From: an uncultured Syntrophus sp.
GTDB lineage: Bacteria; Desulfobacterota; Syntrophia; Syntrophales; UBA8958
Length of the DNA: 64,000 bases
Assembly: GCA_964571695.1 (NCBI GenBank)
Contig: CAZNDG010000008.1
Location: forward strand, 15,492-79,491
Reading direction: 5' to 3'
This document shows positions 59,555-64,000 of this stretch, in pieces. The translations under genes were made by a program, and so were the position numbers. Every line of letters starts with the position of its first letter. Position 1 is the stretch's first letter. The notes below the pieces were generated by a model that was not told where the DNA came from, ran no database searches, and worked only from the letters and a program-made list of their open reading frames with translations.

Positions 59555-61657
59555 ATGAGCAAAGGGGTATTTATCGCCACCATCGAGCCGCGAAGCGGCA
59601 AGTCCCTGGTCGTTCTGGGGATGATGAACGCCATCGTGAACCAACGGGGTTGCGTCGGCTATTTCAAGCCCGTCATCGACGCCGACGGCCGGGGTGCAAA
59701 GGACACGCATATCGAGATGATCCGGAAATACTTCGCCCTGCCCTTCGAGTACGAAGCCCTTTACGGCTTTCGCCGCCATGAGATCGCGGCCCTCCTGCTC
59801 CGCAAGGACGATTACAATGTAGTGGCCACCCTGCTGGACAAGTATAAACAGATTGAGGACGCCTGTGATTATACTATTGTGGAAGGAACTGATTTTCTTG
59901 GCAAAAACACCTTTTTTGAATTCGATGCCAATGTAGCCCTCCCGAAAAATCTGGGCATTCCGGCGATTATCGTCGTTTCCGGGGCGGAAAAGACGCCGGA
60001 AGAGATAAAGAACGGCGTCCTCGCCGCCTACAGAGGGTATAAGGAGGGGGACGTGGAGGTCCTGGCCGTGGTGGTCAACAAGGTGCATGGGGACGAAGTC
60101 CCCCATATCGAGCCCCTGTTGCGGCCCGTGCTGCCGGCTGAAACAGTGCTGGCGGTGATCCCGGAGAACCCCAAGTTGAAGAATCCCACCTTTCGCGAGG
60201 TTAACGCCGCCCTGGGCGCCCGGACCCTCTTCGGCCGCCATCGCCATGAGAACCGGGTCGATCATACCGTCGTCGGGGCGATGCTCCTCTCCCATTTTCT
60301 GAAACATCTCCAGGACAACACCCTGATCGTCACCCCGGGGGACCGGGCGGACATCATCGTCGGTGCCCTCCAGGCCAACATCTCCCGGAACTATCCCCGC
60401 CTGGCCGGGATCATCCTTACCGGCGCCCTGGATATGGAACCCGCCATCGTGAAGCTCATCGAAGGCCTGCAAACCGTGGCGCCTATAAGTGCCGTAACCA
60501 CGGGGACCTACGAAACGGCCAACCGGGTCGGGGCGGTGCATTCCCGGATCTATGCCGGCAATACCCGGAAGATCGCCCTGGCCATCGATGAGTTCGACCG
60601 GTACATGGACATGGAGAAACTGGGGGAAAAGATGGTGACTTTCAGGAAGGCCGGCATCACCCCCTACATATTCCAATACGGCATCGTAAAGCGTGCCAGG
60701 AGCAGGCGGCGGCATATCGTCCTGCCGGAGGGGGATGACGACCGGATCCTCACGGCCGCCGCCCGCCTCGTGGAGCAGGAGGTGGTGGACCTGACCATCC
60801 TCGGGACCAGGGAAGAAGTCCTCACGGCGGGGAAGCGCCTCGGCGTCAATCTGGACCGGGAGGACATACGCATCGTCGATCCCGTCCGGTCGGAAAATTA
60901 TCAGGATTACGCCGCCACCCTCCATGAGCTGCGGAAGGAGAAGAACGTCACCATCGAGATGGCCAGAGACCTCATGACCGATGTGTCCTACTTCGGCACG
61001 ATGATGGTTTACAAAGGACACGCCGACGGCATGGTCTCCGGGGCCGTCCATACGACCCAGCACACCATCCGGCCGGCCCTGCAGTTCGTGAAGACCAGGC
61101 CGGGCGTTTCAGTAGTCTCTTCGGTTTTCTTCATGTGCCTTCCCGACCGGGTGTCCGTCTTCGGGGATTGCGCGGTGAATCCCGATCCCACCGCGGAAGA
61201 GCTGGCGGAAATCGCCATCTGCTCGGCGGAAAGCGCGGTGATGTTCGGCATCGAACCCCGGGTCGCCATGCTCTCCTATTCCTCGGGAACCTCCGGGCAG
61301 GGGGCGGACGTGGAGAAGGTCCGCCGGGCCACGGAGATCGTCCGGGAGCGGCGCCCGGAACTGAAGATCGCCGGCCCCATCCAGTACGACGCCGCCGTGG
61401 ATCCCGGCGTGGGGAAACAGAAAATGCCCGATTCCGACGTTGCCGGCCAGGCCAGCGTCCTGATCTTTCCCGACCTGAACACGGGCAACAACACCTACAA
61501 GGCCGTCCAGCGGGAAACCGGCGCCCTGGCCATCGGCCCCATGCTCCAGGGGCTGAATAAGCCCGTCAACGACCTGAGCCGGGGCTGCACGGTGGAGGAC
61601 ATCTTCAACACCGTGGTTATCACCGCCATTCAGAGCCAGGAGGGGATGACTGATTGA
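59555..61657 (+). CDS. pta: phosphate acetyltransferase, long form (DRTGG/CobQ-like N-domain plus PTA_PTB)
   Basis: GVFIATIEPRSGKS N-domain; C-terminal IVLPEGDDDRIL, SGAVHTT and GPMLQGLNKPVNDLSRG motifs. 700 aa. Confidence 0.9.
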   Translation: MSKGVFIATIEPRSGKSLVVLGMMNAIVNQRGCVGYFKPVIDADGRGAKDTHIEMIRKYFALPFEYEALYGFRRHEIAALLLRKDDYNVVATLLDKYKQIEDACDYTIVEGTDFLGKNTFFEFDANVALPKNLGIPAIIVVSGAEKTPEEIKNGVLAAYRGYKEGDVEVLAVVVNKVHGDEVPHIEPLLRPVLPAETVLAVIPENPKLKNPTFREVNAALGARTLFGRHRHENRVDHTVVGAMLLSHFLKHLQDNTLIVTPGDRADIIVGALQANISRNYPRLAGIILTGALDMEPAIVKLIEGLQTVAPISAVTTGTYETANRVGAVHSRIYAGNTRKIALAIDEFDRYMDMEKLGEKMVTFRKAGITPYIFQYGIVKRARSRRRHIVLPEGDDDRILTAAARLVEQEVVDLTILGTREEVLTAGKRLGVNLDREDIRIVDPVRSENYQDYAATLHELRKEKNVTIEMARDLMTDVSYFGTMMVYKGHADGMVSGAVHTTQHTIRPALQFVKTRPGVSVVSSVFFMCLPDRVSVFGDCAVNPDPTAEELAEIAICSAESAVMFGIEPRVAMLSYSSGTSGQGADVEKVRRATEIVRERRPELKIAGPIQYDAAVDPGVGKQKMPDSDVAGQASVLIFPDLNTGNNTYKAVQRETGALAIGPMLQGLNKPVNDLSRGCTVEDIFNTVVITAIQSQEGMTD

Positions 61658-61670
61658 CCCCGTCCCCTGG

Positions 61671-62459
61671 TCATGAGCGCTTCCAGAAATTCCCGTCGGC
61701 GCCGACCACCATCTCTTCCCCGGGGATGCTCCTGTTTGCCGCGGCCATTCCTTTTTTGACGATCATGGGCAGTCCCGAGCAACACGGCACCTCCATTATG
61801 GCCGTGGTGACGCTCCGGATGTCCGCGGTGCGGAAAATGTCGGCAAACTTCTCCGTATAACCCTGGACGTCATCGAATTTCGGACATCCCATCAGTACCA
61901 CCTTTCCCTTCATCAGATCACGGTGGAGGGTCGGCATGGCCGCGGCCGTGCAATCCGCGAGGACAAGGAGATCGGCCCCTTTCAGGAAGGGGGCGTGCGG
62001 GGGGATGAGCCGAATCTTTACCGGCCAGTGGGAGAGGGATGATCCTCCGTTCCATGTCTGGATCTCCGCATCCCTTCCGCCTTTCCCCTTATGCCTCGGG
62101 CCTTTTTCCACCCGGATCTCCCTTGGCCGGTTTGCCTCCTGGCAGGAGGAGGCCGGTCCGATGATCCGGATCTGGGTGGAAGGGCATCCGCAGGGCAGTA
62201 CGTCGGAATTCCCGGCCGCAAGATGGCGCCGCGCCACGGCTTCTTCATCGAAAGGCGCCGCTTCCCGCTCGATGAGGCGCAGCGCCCCGGTGGGACAATC
62301 CCCGATACAGGCGCCCAGGCCGTCGCAGTAGCTCTCGGCCACGACCCGCGCCTTGCCGGCGATGATTTTCAGCGCCCCCTCCGCGCATCCGGGGACGCAG
62401 TTTCCGCAGCCATTGCAGAGTTCTTCATCGATTTCGATTATCTTGCGCAATACCTTCAT
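61671..62459 (-). CDS. 4Fe-4S dicluster-domain iron-sulfur protein
   Basis: CNGCGNCVPGC and CDGLGACIGDC cluster motifs, plus a Cys-rich C-terminal domain (LADCTAA, GCPKFDD, VPCCSG). AAAGGAGAT SD. Confidence 0.7.
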   Translation of the reverse strand: MKVLRKIIEIDEELCNGCGNCVPGCAEGALKIIAGKARVVAESYCDGLGACIGDCPTGALRLIEREAAPFDEEAVARRHLAAGNSDVLPCGCPSTQIRIIGPASSCQEANRPREIRVEKGPRHKGKGGRDAEIQTWNGGSSLSHWPVKIRLIPPHAPFLKGADLLVLADCTAAAMPTLHRDLMKGKVVLMGCPKFDDVQGYTEKFADIFRTADIRSVTTAIMEVPCCSGLPMIVKKGMAAANRSIPGEEMVVGADGNFWKRS

Positions 62460-62537
62460 GACATCTCCTTTCCGGAAAATTCGCCGGCGATATTGACAGG
62501 CGAGGCTGAATGATGGATTGATGTTCTTTCGGTTGGG

Positions 62538-62579
62538 ACTATAACCGGAAAGAAAAAGTAAAACCTTAACTTAAGTCAA
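62538..62579 (-). promoter_or_regulatory. candidate CRP/FNR-type class II promoter of the Fe-S protein gene
   Basis: Near-palindrome TTAAC-TTAA-GTCAA (62566-62579, 13/14 symmetric). Minus-strand -10 TATAGT (62543-62538). If the TSS is 7 nt beyond the -10, the palindrome centre lies at about -41.5. Confidence 0.4.
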
Positions 62580-62622
62580 AAGCCGGACATATTTCCACAT
62601 CCGGGATGAGAACATGGACAAT

Positions 62623-62788
62623 GAGACCTTTGAAAAATGGCTTCGCCGCGGCTCAGAAATCTTTTTCGCCTCTGAATGGGTAACGTATAAACCTTATTCA
62701 TTACCAAGCGTTAAGTTCAATCACGCAACGGCGAAAAACATTTGATCCGCCGCTTGTGAACCATTTTCGCGCAGTTATGCAAAGCTCT
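62623..62788 (-). mobile_element. 166-bp palindromic MITE-like element, copy C (inverted orientation)
   Basis: The reverse complement is 160/166 identical to copy A, gap-free. Plus-strand flanks are GACAAT (62617-62622) and AACAAT (62789-62794), 5/6 identical. Confidence 0.75.
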
Positions 62789-62956
62789 AACAATGTACAT
62801 GAGGCATTGTCAAGAAGAAAACTTTCGGAAGATTGCCGGAAGCGGCGGAGCCTTCCGAAAACACGACCGCGGGGCGACGTTGCAACACTATGAAAACAAT
62901 GGCGTCTTCCGGACGGACGGTCCGGGGAAGTTTTGTCGTGCCGGGAAGGATCATGT

Positions 62957-63181
62957 TCATCTCCTGGTGATGAGCCAGATGATGAGGGTAAGGACAATAC
63001 TGGCGATGATGCTGGTGGTAAGGGGGAAGTAAAAGGTGAATTTTTCTCCCCGATAGAAGATATCCCCGGGTAGTTTGCCCAGCCAGGGGATCTTGCCGCC
63101 GAGCAGAATGATGAGGCCTACGCCGGCGACGGCAAGACCCGCTATCAGCAATATCTTTCCTAAATTTGAAAAATCGCTCAT
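62957..63181 (-). CDS. DUF2905-family small membrane protein
   Basis: 74 aa. LGKLPGDIFYRGEKFTFYFPLTTSI matches the DUF2905 signature, flanked by two TM helices. Confidence 0.7.
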   Translation of the reverse strand: MSDFSNLGKILLIAGLAVAGVGLIILLGGKIPWLGKLPGDIFYRGEKFTFYFPLTTSIIASIVLTLIIWLITRR

Positions 63182-63292
63182 CTTATGTACGCGAAACAGG
63201 TGATTGTTGTTTATAGATCACCGCGGGTGATTCATGTCCGTTATCCTCTGGCCGGCGGCGCCGATTCGCGTCCGGCCCCCGCGGAAGGCCCC

Positions 63293-64000
63293 CTACAGCG
63301 CCTCCCGGTATGCGACCGTCTCGCCGGTCAGGGGGGCCGTAAAAAGATAGGTGCCGTCGGCGCGAGGATGACGCCCCTGACCCGTGAGTGTGATCTTTCC
63401 TTTGCCGTCCGGGATGTCGAGGATCAGCCGGGGAACCAGGTAGCCGGGTAGCCGGCCCGCAAGCGCCTGGGTAAGCCGGATGGCCCGGTCCAGGGGGATC
63501 CGGAAGTGGGAGATGCCCGGCGCCAAATCGGGATAATGGAGATAGTAGGGGAGGATGGCCGCTTCCCCGAGGGCGGTTGAAAGCCCCAGCAGTTCCTCCT
63601 CCGTATCATTTACGCCTTTGAGCAGCACACTCTGATTCAGCAGGAACCTTGCCGGTCGCAGCGCCCGCGCTGCCCGCAGGAATTCCGCCGTGATTTCCAG
63701 GCGGTGATTCACATGGAAAACGATTACGTCCAGTTGCGCCGCCACGGGACCGAAGCTTTCACACCGGTCGGGGTCATAGACCGGATACCGGGTGTGCAGG
63801 CGGACGGAGCGCGCCCCCGCCTTCCTTAACGCGCCGATGACGGCCGTGAGGGTTTCATCGGCCAGCGACAGGGGATCGCCGCCGGAGAGGATGACCTCAT
63901 GAATTCCCCCGTGGGCGGCGAGGTAATCGCAGGCCTCAGCCAATTCCTCCGGTGTGAGATCGGAAGAACAACCGCTCAGCCTGTCCCTCCGAAAGCAGAA
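63293..64000 (-). CDS. epmB: KamA-family radical SAM lysine 2,3-aminomutase, EpmB-like (5' end beyond the window)
   Basis: The frame stays open to the window edge and reads ...FCFRRDRLS (end of the CxxxCxxC radical-SAM motif), then VILSGGDPL. The region after the motif has EpmB-like length. efp and epmA are in the same window. Confidence 0.6.
   Translation of the reverse strand, partial: FCFRRDRLSGCSSDLTPEELAEACDYLAAHGGIHEVILSGGDPLSLADETLTAVIGALRKAGARSVRLHTRYPVYDPDRCESFGPVAAQLDVIVFHVNHRLEITAEFLRAARALRPARFLLNQSVLLKGVNDTEEELLGLSTALGEAAILPYYLHYPDLAPGISHFRIPLDRAIRLTQALAGRLPGYLVPRLILDIPDGKGKITLTGQGRHPRADGTYLFTAPLTGETVAYREAL

Noticed and set aside
62701-62997. 98-aa minus-strand track ORF
   Set aside because: It overlaps MITE copy C (88 bp) and the 3' end of the DUF2905 gene. 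The sequence is not protein-like.

Overview
GC-rich (about 60% by eye) bacterial chromosomal segment. Its gene content resembles an anaerobic Desulfobacterota/Deltaproteobacteria-like, possibly syntroph-like, organism (inference from gene families only). I support about 50 protein-coding genes, mostly housekeeping: selB-fdhD, efp-epmA with an epmB-like gene at the right edge, tolQ-tolR-tolA-tolB-cpoB, ctpA, lexA, glmM, pyrG, moaC, ilvE, lolA and pta. I recognised no rRNA, tRNA, CRISPR array, transposase or classical defence gene. Many very long ORFs in the track (up to 1064 aa) run antisense to clearly homologous genes and are treated as GC-driven shadow ORFs. Several track ORFs were trimmed to internal starts that have Shine-Dalgarno (SD) sequences. 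Observations worth a second look: (1) a 166-bp end-to-end palindromic element in three gap-free copies, each flanked by a 6-7 bp target-site-like duplication (MITE-like, no transposase in the window); (2) a compact fabH-like/ACP/phaC/fabD operon; (3) a hexosamine operon built around a 1255-aa GlmS-like protein with an internal Ntn cysteine, plus a GlmU-C-terminal-like beta-helix protein, pyrG, glmM, nagB-like and a PfkB kinase; (4) a 1418-aa fusion of a GT3 (eukaryote-type) glycogen synthase to a GT35 alpha-glucan phosphorylase, inside a non-classical glycogen gene set (GT4, GH57, debranching enzyme); (5) an in-frame TAA inside an otherwise intact RsbW-like ATPase-GNAT gene; (6) regulatory DNA readable by eye: a GAAC-N4-GTTC LexA box in the lexA promoter, and a TTAAC-N4-GTCAA motif found three times. 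All functional calls come from motif and family recognition by eye; no database search was run.
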